Below are positions 24,011-35,612 of a stretch of DNA of 64,000 nucleotides, piece after piece. The position numbers and the translations under genes are program-made. The notes below the pieces were generated by a model, which worked only from the letters and a program-made list of their open reading frames with translations, was not told where the DNA came from and searched no databases. The number at the start of each line of letters is the position of its first letter. The stretch's first letter is position 1. The stretch is from Zancudomyces culisetae HAW-14-8 (Eukaryota; Fungi; Kickxellomycota), in assembly GCA_052426225.1 (NCBI GenBank), contig JBNJNM010000009.1, forward strand, positions 558,001-622,000, in the 5' to 3' direction.

Positions 24011-27000
24011 GGATTTCATGCTAATAAATTTTTAATAAAGTTAATAATTAATAATTCGATAGTTGTTAATGCACTAATTGATTCAGGTGCATCAGAAAAT
24101 TTTATTAGTTTAAACCTTGTAAAGCAACTAGACTTGCCCACTGAAGATCTATCAAGTCCGATACCTGTTGAAACTATTGACGGAAAACCGCTCACAAATA
24201 CAGGTATCAATGCAGTAGCCCGCAACATCAAGCTCAGTACCAAGGATAAATACCACTTTAACTCGGACCTATACGTGATACCCGCCACTCATGCCGAAAT
24301 TGTATTAGGTCTCCCATGGTTACAAATACATAACCCTGATATCAACTGGAAAAAGCTGACAATGAATACCAAAACCCACACTACTAAGCCTATAGCCGTA
24401 AACTATCTTAATATTGATCCGAACCGCAGAATTTCAAAAAACGATATCAAAAAACTAAGTCAGCTGATGGATGATAAATTAGTATTAGATGAAGAAAATA
24501 AGGTTGACAGAATGAGCGTATCAGAATCAGATTACAGCATGGACTCAGAAGATATAAGCCAAGATGATTCGGATGGCTATTCGGAAAATGATACATCTTC
24601 AGAGAGCGAATCCGATGATGATCTCGGAAGATATTATGATACTCAACCTGAAGCAATACATTGGCAAAATTTGAACCCAAGCAACGTATTACAGCAAATT
24701 ACCGAAATAACCGCATCACTCAGGCAGCCACAAGTCCCAATCCAACAGACAAACCATAATTTGGAAGCCTACCAGTCAGATGACAGCCATTTATCCGCAT
24801 ACCATTCTGATTCCGATTTCGAACGTTCATTGACTTCCACCGTAACCTCACCTCAAATCCGTTATTACCACACTCGCGAGAGTATTTCACCTCGCCTGGG
24901 ACGTCCCCCACCAATGGTAAATTTACCACCTCCAGTAACTTTTTACCCAAGTACACCTATTACTCCTGAGATTCTCAGTACACCAGCTCACGATATTTCC
25001 GCCCAACCAGATTTGACACCACCTGAACCTGTTTCTTCCGAATTTGACATAGGAATGCCACTGCTTACTATTCCGATTCAACCAAATAATTTTATAAAAA
25101 AGACAACAAAAAAACCAGTAAACAAAAAATCATTAAGAACAAAAAATTTTAAACCAATCAGTCGCGTAATTTCTGAAATTCCGCCGTTACAGCCAATTCC
25201 TGAATAAAAATCTGCAGATAACAATCTCATTCCTGAAATCCCACCTGAACATGCCTCCCTAGCCAAGGTATTTGACCTATCCCTAGCCACCAAACTCCCT
25301 CTTCGCAGATCATATGACTGCCAAATTGACATCAAAAAAGAATCTAAACCACCATGGGGCCCTATTTACCCATTATCTGAAAGGGAACTCCAGACTCTTC
25401 GTGACTACATTACTGAAAACTTAGCAAATGGATTCATCAGAAAGTCCAAATCCTCTGCTGGTGCTCCAATCATGTTCGTTAAGAAGAAATCTGGTGACCT
25501 CCGCCTCTGTGTAGACTATCGTAAGCTCAACGATATGACTATAAAAAACAGATACCCTTTGCCCAGGATCGATGAAGCCTTTGATAGGCTTAGATCTGCC
25601 AAATATTTCACCAAACTAGATTTGAAAGGTGCTTATAATCTAGTGAGGATAAGGAAGGGGGATGAATGGAAGACCGCGTTCAGATGTCGTTACGGGCATT
25701 TTGAATACAATGTCATGCCTTTTGGCTTGACAAATGCGCCCGCGACCTTCCAACATTTCATCAATGATGTTCTAAGAGATGAGCTTGACCGCTACGCCAT
25801 CGCTTACCTTGATGATATTCTGATATTTTCTGATAATTTCCAGGACCACATCAGCCATGTAAACAAAGTTTTAGCAAAATTGTTATCAAATGGATTGTAC
25901 TGCGACTTGGAAAAATGCGAATTCCATAAGCAGGAAGTGGATTTCTTAGGCCATCGCGTCACTTCAAATGGAATCAGTACCGATCCCGCCAAGATTCAGT
26001 CAATCCACAAATGGAAGGTTCCAAAGGATTGCAAGGATATCCAATCTGTCCTGGGATTTGCTAACTACTATAGGAAGTTCATCCCTGAGTATGCTCAAAT
26101 CACGTTGCCGATGACAAATCTGCTGAAAAAAGACATCAAGTTCATTTGGGGTCCTGATCAGCAAAAGTCATATAACACCCTGAAAACCATGCTTACGACT
26201 TCACCCGTGTTACAGTATCCTGACCCCGGTAAGCAGTTCATAGTTGAGACTGACGCATCAGACTATGCCATTGGTGCAATTCTGTCGCAAGCCGACGAGA
26301 AAGGTGAATTCCGCCCCTGTGCTTATTATTTCTACAAACTCAAGGCAGCCGAGCTTAATTATAATGTTTATGACAAGGAATTACTAGGAATAGTGAAGGC
26401 TCTTAAGGAATGGAGACACTACCTAGAAGGAGCTCAACACCAGTTCATTGTTCTAACAGACCACAAGAACCTGGAGACTTTCAAAACCAAAAAGGTACTC
26501 AATAGGCGCCACGCAAGATGGTCATTGGAGTTCAGCAGATACGACTTTGTGATCACCTATAGGCCTGGAAAGCTTGGTGGAAAGCCTGACATTTTATCGC
26601 GTTACTTGGATCATGACCGCGCCTTACAAGACAAAACAATACTCCCAGCCTCAGTTTTTATCGACAGTCTAATAACCACCAATCCGTTTCTCCTAGATGA
26701 TCTCGTCCTACAAACACAAAACGAGCGAATAGAATTAACTAAAAGGGCAGAAACAGAAGCAGCTAAAAAACATCTCGCTGTAGGATCAACACCAGACAAT
26801 CTCATTACTCTTGGTAATTTAGTCGTTGTGCCTAAAGCGTCAGTGTTTAAAGTGATCAGTTCAAGGCATGATAGCAAGTTACAGGCCACTATGGATACAA
26901 AAAGACAGTAGAACTACTGAAAAATGACTTCTGGTTCCCACATATGCACCGTTCAGTCAAAGAATTCATCGCAGGTTGCGACAGATGCAACCGATCCAAG

Positions 27001-28113
27001 ACATCAAGGAAGAAAAAGCAAGGACTTCTTCAGCCACTACCCGCTCCTGATTCACCATGGAAATCTATTTCAATGGATTTCATCACAGATTAGCCCCTTT
27101 CAAAAGGGAATACTACAATTTTAGTGGTTGTAGATCGGTTCAGTAAAATGAGCCATTTTATACCACTAAAGAAACTGCTTTAATCTATGGAAACTTCTGA
27201 AATCATCTTCAATAACATCATCAGACTCCACGGTTTACCTGAAGAGATCATCTCTGATCGAGGCTCTCAGTTTGCATCAAAGTTTTGGAAAGCTCTTTTC
27301 AACACTTTAGGTGTCAAAATTAAGCTCTCAACAGCGTTCCATCCTGAAACTGATGGACAAACCGAAAGAGTCAATCAGACTCTGGAACAGTATCTCCGTT
27401 GTTTCTTGTCATATCAACAAGATAATTGGACAGATCTTCTTCCATTAGCAGAATTTGCCTATAACAACTCTACTCACGAATATACTGGATCATCCCCGTT
27501 CTTCATCATCTATGGATACCACCCACGCTTTGATCCACCTTTAATCAATAGCCATGTTATGCCTTCTGTGGAAGAAAGAATCAACCAAATCCATCATATT
27601 TGGAAAGAAACCAATAAGCAAATCACTCTCGCTTCATCAACATTCAAAAAATCTGCAGACAAGAAAATAAGAAAAAACCCTGAATATACTATAGGTGAAA
27701 AAGTATGGCTTCTAACAAAGAATATTCAGACTACTAGGCCTAGTAAAAAGCTGGATTATAAGAAAATTGGACCATTCAGAATCAAATAAAAGCTCAGTGA
27801 TTTAGTCTACAAACTTGACCTCCCCGTCTCAATGAAAATACATCCAGTCTTTCATGTTTCACTATTGGATAAATACTCACCTCCAGTGATTTCTGATCAA
27901 CCAGCCACGCCGGAACCCGTTATTATCAACAATGAATTAGAGTATGAAATTGAGGAAATAATCGATTCAAAGCTTATAAGAAATAAACTTTATTACTTGA
28001 TACATTGGAAGGGATACGATATAAATGAACAAACTTGGGAACCAAAAGAACATATATCTGCAAATCAACTCATAAAAGAATACCATTCTCATTATCCTTC
28101 AAAGCCAACATAA
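24011..28113 (+). pseudogene. Chromovirus D pol (PR-spacer-RT-RH-IN-chromodomain) with several stops and a frameshift
   Basis: LIDSGA near 24074, YLDD, ETDAS, SDRG...ETDGQTER, chromodomain within 27832-28113. Confidence 0.92.
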
Positions 28114-28715
28114 CTATTATTTTTAATAAAAAAACCAAAAATTAAAAACAAAAATTAAATCAAAAATATAAGAATAACATTGAACACTGAAATATAATTC
28201 ATAAAAAAGACAAAAAAAACAACAACTTGAATAACAAAAATGGGATATAATGTAACAAAATATATATATAACATATTAAAAATAATTTATAAGTACTATT
28301 ACCGATAAGGAACCGTCTTGGGCCATGTGAAACACAATTTGGGTTTTATCACCATAGCGGTCATTTATTGGATGAGCCAGATTGTAACTATGACACTGAA
28401 ACCCACATACACCATTAAAATTCCTGCCGATGACTAAACCACTTCTCAATTACGATAATTAATTACACCGAGGATCGTACTACGGGATTCGAACCCGGGC
28501 CACTAGGGCAAAGTGCGAGAAGCCTACGTCTAGGCCAAACACAATTACTTTTGTAATGGTTTTAAAAGGGGGATAATGTCATGGCCAATCAGGTGACATC
28601 TAACCTCCCATAACATTTATTCTAATATTTACTTAGTATTTAATTAATAACATTTGCCTAGCTGTAATTCCTTAAGAATTACAACCTGTTTAACTAATAA
28701 TCTCGTTCTGTGAAA

Positions 28716-29996
28716 AATAATTATAAAATTTTAATACTAATCAAAAGAATAATTTTTAAAAAATTGATATCTGAACAACGTAAACTGGATATTAAAAACG
28801 CGTTACTTGAAGGCAGAAGCATTGACCAAATCATTATAGAACATGGAGTTAGTGAAGTAACAATATACAGATTAAAAGCAGCAATATGTATCAATTTACC
28901 GGCTAATAAACGCGGTCGTCCAGCGAAGCTTTCACCCCAAAGCAAGCGAATATGTACTAGGATGATATTATCTGGAATGTATCGAACTGCTATTTCGATA
29001 CAATTGAAGTTAGAAATGGATAATGTTGTAAGTGCTAGTAAGTCTACAATATATAGGGCTTTTAATGATCTAAAAGCCGTTGCAAAAAAGAAGGCATCCA
29101 AACCGAAACTGAGCCTTAAAAATATTGCAAAAAGGTTGAGATTCGCAAAATCTCATCGCCACAGGACTACTAATGATTGGAGACAAGTATTTTGGTCCGA
29201 CAAAACTAAAATCAACCGATTTGGATCTGATGAAAATGAATGGACTTGGGTTCGTGATGGTGTGAGTCTACAGCCGCACAATATTAACCAGACCGTAAAA
29301 CACGGTGGTGGATCATTAATGATTTGGGGATGCACCACAGCATTTGGAACTGGCTACATGTGCCGAAATGTAGGAATGTTAAACAAGGAAGATTATTTAA
29401 ACATTTTAAAAGACGAGCTTAGCAATACAATAAAGTACTACAAGTTGGATCCCAAGTCAATAATATTTCAACATGTTTATGATCCTAAACATACCGCAAA
29501 GTTAGTTACATACTGGCTTGAAAACCAGAAATATAATACATTGGACTGGCCGCCACAATGTCCAGACTTAAACCCAATCGAAACTATATTGGCAATCATC
29601 AAAAGACGCCTAAATAGTTACAGTAAACCTCCGTCCGGGATGATCAATTATGGGAGCGAATAGAAACGGAATCGCATCGAATTATAGTGGAATTAATACT
29701 TAATCTTATAAATAGTATGCCCAAAAGAGATGAGGCAGTTATCAAGTCTAAAAGAAGTTGGACAGAATTTTAAAGTATTTTATTGAAAAATTCCCAAAAT
29801 TGTCTCATTTTTAAAATTTTTTCAATTTATCTTTTCATGTTGAATTTTTAACCAATAATATTACAGTTAATATAAAACTTTATATATAATTTGTGCATTA
29901 TATAATATAAAAACATATATTTTCTGGATATTATTGAGCGAGATATTACACTTTGAAAATATTTTCAATATTTTGAGACAGTTTTGAAACTCACTG
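28716..29996 (+). mobile_element. Tc1/mariner transposon with degenerate transposase; left TIR missing
   Basis: 317-aa ORF with GRP, WSDKTK, VKHGGG, DLNPIE; right end ...CTCACTG followed by TA (29997-29998). Confidence 0.9.
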
Positions 29997-29998
29997 TA

Positions 29999-31764
29999 AT
30001 TCAAAACTAATGCCATCCGGACCGGGAAACTTATTGTATGGTATCTCCCTGATTACCATTAGCACCTCCTGAAGTGAGATTGGTGCCTCCAACATATCTG
30101 ATTGATCCTCTGAGACCCTAGATGTTACTCTTTCTAGCATATAATTGTCAAAACTGGTTTAGGAATATTTAGCTTAGTACTATTTTATTTATTTATATAA
30201 GACAATTGTTGTCAGATAAGGAATAGAAATTTTTAGGAAAAAACTAGGGTTTTTATACTTATAAAAAAGTTAGAAACTTGAATAAAAATTATTGCGTCTA
30301 TCGCTTGATTACTAATCAAAATGTTCTAGACAGGAATTTATTATTAAAATCATTAAGTAATAATAAACTTTCCAGTATGTTCTTAGAAAATCATGAAATG
30401 ATAATTACGAATTTATTAATTAAAATTCGTAATTTAAACTTACCAATAAATATAAATAGACACAACGGTCTAGAATTTAATTATATTTTATGGTTATGAC
30501 AATAATCCTGTGATACTTCATCAGTTGGCTCTGATGAGAACAGATTATGATAGAATTGACTGGCTATCCTACTGATATCATCCAAACTGTCATCCGGATG
30601 GCCTTCCTCATCCAATAATGATGTCATAATTTGGCATTTTTCTCTGGATTTAAGCCTAGAGAAGAAATATTTGTTAGACATTTCTCCTTTTTCGGCCCAT
30701 TTAGCTCTGGATCTGACCATTATGCCCTGCATTTTGGCATCATAGTGCTCCCGGATCTTCCCTTCAGTAATATCTATTTGCCTGTAAACCTCCCGGATGG
30801 CATCTATGTCTTTTGTCCTATGAAGTAGATGTTTTTGCTTGGATAATATATCTTTTAATGATGATATATCATTGTCAGATGCGTATTTTCGGCCACATCT
30901 GATGCTTATTTTTTTAATATATTGCTTAATGATGCTCCATCTGGTGAGGATTTCGCCATCATTATTACAATCCATGTCCTCCAACAATTCAGTAATCTCA
31001 TCAATAAACTATGGATCGGTCAGATGCCTGCAGTTTAGCTTCCATAAAGGTTTAATTTTCATTTTTGGCTCCAAAATCTCTCTTTCAACACATAAAATCT
31101 TGTGATCAGAATAAAGTCCGCTCTCTATAGTCATGTTTTTAAAGAGATTGGATGTGTCTTTAGAGACAAGAATATGGTCAATTCTTGCTCTAGATTCCCT
31201 TCCTTCGCCCTTCCAAGTGTAATGAAACTCATCAGGGTTTAATATAGAGTATATATTAACCAAGTCCAGCCTGTGGATGGTGTTTTTTAGATACCTCCAA
31301 TCACTAATGTCATTTCTTGGAAGCCATCTATCCTTATTATTGTCTTCTGCCATGTTGAAATCCCCCATTATAATCATATTTTCATTTTTCTCCAGAAGGT
31401 GGAGGTATTTAGCCATGAATTTGTATCTTTCCCGGTGGGTAGCTGGGAAATATACACATAATATATTCAATGGTTTTTCTAACTCCTGTCCTTCAACAGT
31501 AGCCTTTATTACTCTCCCCTCTGCTAATATATTGCTGTCAGTAATATTCAACCTTGTATCATTAATTAGTAATGCACAATGTTTACTCCACATAGACTGG
31601 CCGCCCCATTGTTCGGTCCAAAAATTAATTTTTTCATCTTTTATGAGCACCTCTTGTAAACAAATAGTTTTTCCATTTGTTATTTGTTTCAAGTGTGCAA
31701 AAATTTTTGTCCTTTTTTGTGTGGTTGACAATCCACGGACGTTCCAACTACATAAAATTAACAT
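29999..31764 (-). pseudogene. L1-like ORF2 N-terminal half (endonuclease to start of RT region), with a stop near 31010 and interrupted by a solo LTR and Tc1
   Basis: APE motifs; PISLQEVLMVIREIPYNKFPGPDGISFE resumes beyond the solo LTR. Confidence 0.87.
30146..30501. repeat. Solo LTR family F inside L1 ORF2
   Basis: TGTCA...TGACA ends; 5-bp TSD ATAAT (30141-30145, 30502-30506); inverted copy at 35259-35612. Confidence 0.9.
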
Positions 31765-32159
31765 AAAATCTATTTAAAATCAATGATATATCAATTTCTT
31801 ATGACATTTTTTTTGTTATCAAAATGAAAAAACAAAAAAAAATTGAAGAAATTTTTCTCCAATATTTTTTCCAATTTTTTTTCCATTCTGAATTTCTTTA
31901 AGCATTTTTTTTTTGAATTTCAGTTTATTTTCTTTTTCTATTTTTTTTAGTCCTAACATAATGAAATATTATCATTGTAACTATTCTATAAAATAAAACG
32001 GAAACGACTAAACGACTAAATCTATTGTTAAGATTCAAGGTAAAATATATAATATTTATAGTTTAATGATATTTGTTTTTATTGTTTTTCTCTTTTATAA
32101 TTTTTTTTGGTTTTTCAATTTTTTATTTGAAATAAACATTAATAATTCTTATATGTTTT

Positions 32160-33373
32160 TTAGGACTTATTGGCGTTTCTAAGTGAACGCCGTAGCTGGT
32201 TATCATTTGTTATTATGGGTGGTGTGTTTGGTTGTATAGTGGTATTGTTGTTTAATGTATCCACTACCATCCCATTTTCATTGTTTTGTGTTGATTGATT
32301 TTCTTCGTATGTGGTTTGGTTTTCTGTATTGTTACTTGTTTCGGTTGTTTCGTCTTCCATTACTTTATCTTTGTATGTATAAGTGTGACTCTGTGTACTG
32401 TTTACATCTATATTGTTTAACGTGATAAAGACTGATTCTCCCTTAGCAGTATTTATAGCTTCACTATCCACGTCATCGTCTTTGTTTTTTTGTTTATCTT
32501 GGTTTTTGGTAGCCGCATTTTGATCTGGATGTGTTGTTGTTCTTGCTGTTGTTGTTCTTGCGCTTGTCGAGAGTTTATTTGTGGTACTGGTAGAAGGTTT
32601 TTTTCTCTTGGCTCTATTTTCTGAGCCTGAGCCAAACGCCTCTGCTATCCAAACTGGGCATTCTGCCCTTACGTGTCCAAATACTTTGCAATGGTTGCAC
32701 TGTTTTGGACTGCCCTTCCAGAACCATCTCAATTCCTTGTCATTTACTTTTAGTGTTGGGGGATCTTTTCTTTTTACCCCACCTCTGGCTCAAAAAGTAT
32801 GTTGGTGTAGTTTGCCGCAAAAAAATTAGCTTTTTTTGACTTCCATGCTTTGATGTCGTGTATTGTTCCTAGACCTCCAAGGGTATTCTTGATTGCCAAC
32901 AGTGTGTCTGGCAAAGTACTACCCAGTCTAGTTGGTATGGTGATGTTTAAGAGCCTATCACTAAGCTCTGCAGTTCTTATTTTTTCAACAGTTTTTCCAT
33001 TATATTTCAGATCTTTGGATCTGAATTCATCAGCATGCTTTTTTTCATAAAAGGTGATGAACAGGGCATTTGTCTGTGGATTCATATCGAAGTCCGCATA
33101 CGCGTTGTTAATTGCCTGACCGATGCATTCAAAAGACTCATCGCGATTGCATGCAAAGTGTTCGAGGCTAATTCCAATTTTGCATTCTCCTCCCCCTATC
33201 CGGAGAAGGAGGTCTTGTGGTTTCTCTCCTGTTAAGTGGTGGAGAACCGAGACTCTCTCTAGATCAGACTGAGCTGAGTTAGAGGGTTTAAAAAAACTGC
33301 TGTACTTCGGCAGCGTGGTTTGGATACTGCCTTTAGCAGGTCCTACAGTTGTTGTTTGGTTGTTGGTATTCAT
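32160..33373 (-). pseudogene. L1-like ORF1 (frameshift near 32770-32830)
   Basis: Two consecutive ORFs; CNHCKVFGHVRAEC zinc knuckle; directly upstream of the endonuclease ORF. Confidence 0.8.
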
Positions 33374-33747
33374 TTTTTTTTCATTTTTTTCGTTTTTATT
33401 AATTTTTTTTTTAAACTTTTAACTTTTTAGATATTTTTTGTTACTTTGACTGTATTTATAAATAATTGTGTAAGTTGATAGTAATAGCTTTGTGAGTCCA
33501 CTACGACCCAGTCGAGCTGGTTTGAAAGATTTAAAAAGAAACTATAGAACAGAAAAATAGTGAATTTTAAATCACAATCTCTAATCTATAAGCTAATTTC
33601 GAATCTCAGTCAATCTCGGGTGGTCTTATTATAGTACAGTACTGGAGGTTGTAGTACTCAGATTGTTTGTTGTGTGTTCGTGTTTTCGTTCGTTATATTT
33701 AAGTTTTGATCGTCAGTGGTGATATTAGATCTGTTGGGTACTGGTAC

Positions 33748-33954
33748 TTTTATACAAACTATTTTTTTCCAACTATTTTGTTATCTCAATTTTTTTTTGT
33801 TATCAATTATTGTTATTAATTTCTTGGCTCATTAATAAAACCCATATTGTTCGGTAAAAAAAGAGTTTAATTTTTCACATATTTTAATATAGTAATTATC
33901 AGAATTGACATTGTCAATTTGTATTTTTTTATATTATTAATTAATTTTGCAACA
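33748..33954 (-). repeat. Partial family B-like LTR, cut by the L1 insertion
   Basis: Reverse complement of the first ~210 nt of the B LTR (5429 onward), diverged. Confidence 0.85.
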
Positions 33955-33959
33955 GACTT

Positions 33960-35258
33960 TGTTATATTTAAATTTTAACTTATAACTTAACTATGTATTT
34001 CTAAATAACTAACGATATATTTTGTTTATTGTATATACATTGTTAAAACTTAGACTTATAATTTGTGTGTTAAGAGTTACTAAATTTCAATTCTGTGGGC
34101 GTTGTCTTAAACCCCGAAACATTCACGTTAATACATATCTAATAAAACAATACAATTATAACAAATAGCTGGACAAAAACCACGAGGGGAAAAAAGTCCA
34201 ATCTAAATAAAACGATAAAATAAATAACTCGTAACTATATAAAAATTGAGATAAGAATTCTCAATGATTTTGGCTCACATCGTAAATTATACGACAGAAC
34301 CCCCCCTCCAGATTGGACTAGCAGGTCTAGGTCTCGAAACCTTTGAAGTTTAGACTTTAGTGTGCTGCTAACTTCTGGTAACATGTATTCTTTCTGATTG
34401 TACAGCTTCAACATGTCTCCATTTACAATATCCCTGTTTTCTTCTCTGTCAGAAATTACGTATGCTTAAGTCTCAATCTGCGTTGCACCTGATATGGTCC
34501 CTCCCAATCTGCTCAAGCTTTGGCTGTGGCTGCTCGGTTAATTTAGTATTACATCCCCTTCCTTAAATGTTGATATTCTTACCTCTTTGTCATATCTTAT
34601 TATTCTTTAATTTTTCCTACTATACTTGATTCAAATCCGAGTGATCTCAGTTCTGGGATGTCCTTTCGCATTGCCGCTATTTGTTCTTGTATTGCAAATT
34701 CTAAGTCACTTGCTTCAGCCGGAGGTATCCAAACGGTAGGCGTGGCTAGTTTTGTACCATATAAAAGCTCTGCAGGGCTATAGTTAGTTGTCCGATTCCG
34801 CATCGTTCAAATAGCTAAATGTGTCTTCCATAAATAAAGATCCCAATTTTCTTTATCTTGGTAACATTGTGTCAGAATCGCATTATTTATCCATAAGTTT
34901 TAATATTATTTTTAATCATATTTAATTACCTTTGAATCCTAACTTGGGAACATTAAGTTTCCCAACTTAAATAAATTAGTTTCCTGACACATTGACGTAC
35001 GAAGACGTTTTTAAGAGATTGGTTTAACCGCTCTACCTGTCCATTACTCTGATGACGGTAGGCAGTTGTGGGAGTATGTTTGAATTCAGAAATTCATAAA
35101 CTTTACTGGTGAAGTCGCTTACAAACCCTGACCCACGATTAGTAATGATCTGATCGGATACACCAAAATTTTGCACAATATGTGTGATAATAAAATTGAC
35201 GATTGTAGGTGATTATATGTTTTCTACTGCTTGGGCCACCGGCCAATTAGTGAGATAA
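33960..35258 (-). mobile_element. Ty3/Gypsy family G remnant (3' LTR 33960-34296 plus degenerate integrase)
   Basis: PPT GGAGGGGGGG then TTC-TGTCGTATA on the minus strand; YSPAELLYG, EGPY and MLPEVSSTLKSKLQRF fragments. Confidence 0.88.
34870..34989. repeat. 120-bp solo LTR inside the G integrase
   Basis: TGTCAG...CTGACA ends; perfect 5-bp TSD CATTG. Confidence 0.85.
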
Positions 35259-35612
35259 TGTCATAACCATAAAATATAATTAAATTCTAGACCGTTGTGT
35301 CTATTTATATTTATTGATAAGTTTAAATTACGAATTCTAATTAATAAATTCGTAATTATCATTTCATGATTTATTAAGATCGTTCTAGAAATTTTATTAT
35401 TATTTAATGATTTTAATAATAAGTTCCTGTCTAGAACATTTTATTTAGAAATCGATCGATAGAAGCAATAATTTTTATTCAAGTTTTTAACTTTTTTATA
35501 AGTATTAAACCCTAGTATTTTCCTTAAAATTATTATTCCGTATGAGACAACAATTGACTTATATAAATAAAAAAATAGTACTAAGCTAAATATTCCTAAA
35601 CCAGTTTTGACA
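35259..35612. repeat. Solo LTR family F at the junction of two opposed elements
   Basis: Inverted copy of 30146-30501; flanks GATAA/TTAAC do not match. Confidence 0.9.

Larger units (their letters stand above)
22854..28715 (+). mobile_element. Chromovirus (Tf1/sushi-like Ty3/Gypsy) D, about 140-bp LTRs 22854-22993 and 28577-28715
   Basis: LTR repeats; PPT AAAAGGGGGA at 28564-28573; YLDD RT; integrase chromodomain YEIEEIIDSK...YLIHWKGY...TWEP; flanks do not form a TSD. Confidence 0.95.
29999..33747 (-). mobile_element. L1-clade non-LTR retrotransposon, 5' half (5' UTR, ORF1, spacer, ORF2 start)
   Basis: ORF1 with CCHC knuckle; ORF2 with AP-endonuclease motifs SWNVRG, LQE, GDFN, RIDHI, SDH, then RSRAKW...EKGE...KYFF and KFPGPDG near 30010-30030; 5' boundary approximate. 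Confidence 0.88.

Noticed and set aside
28468-28543. Functional tRNA gene in the D 3' UTR
   Set aside because: No acceptor or anticodon stem can be formed; kept only as a tRNA-like promoter finding
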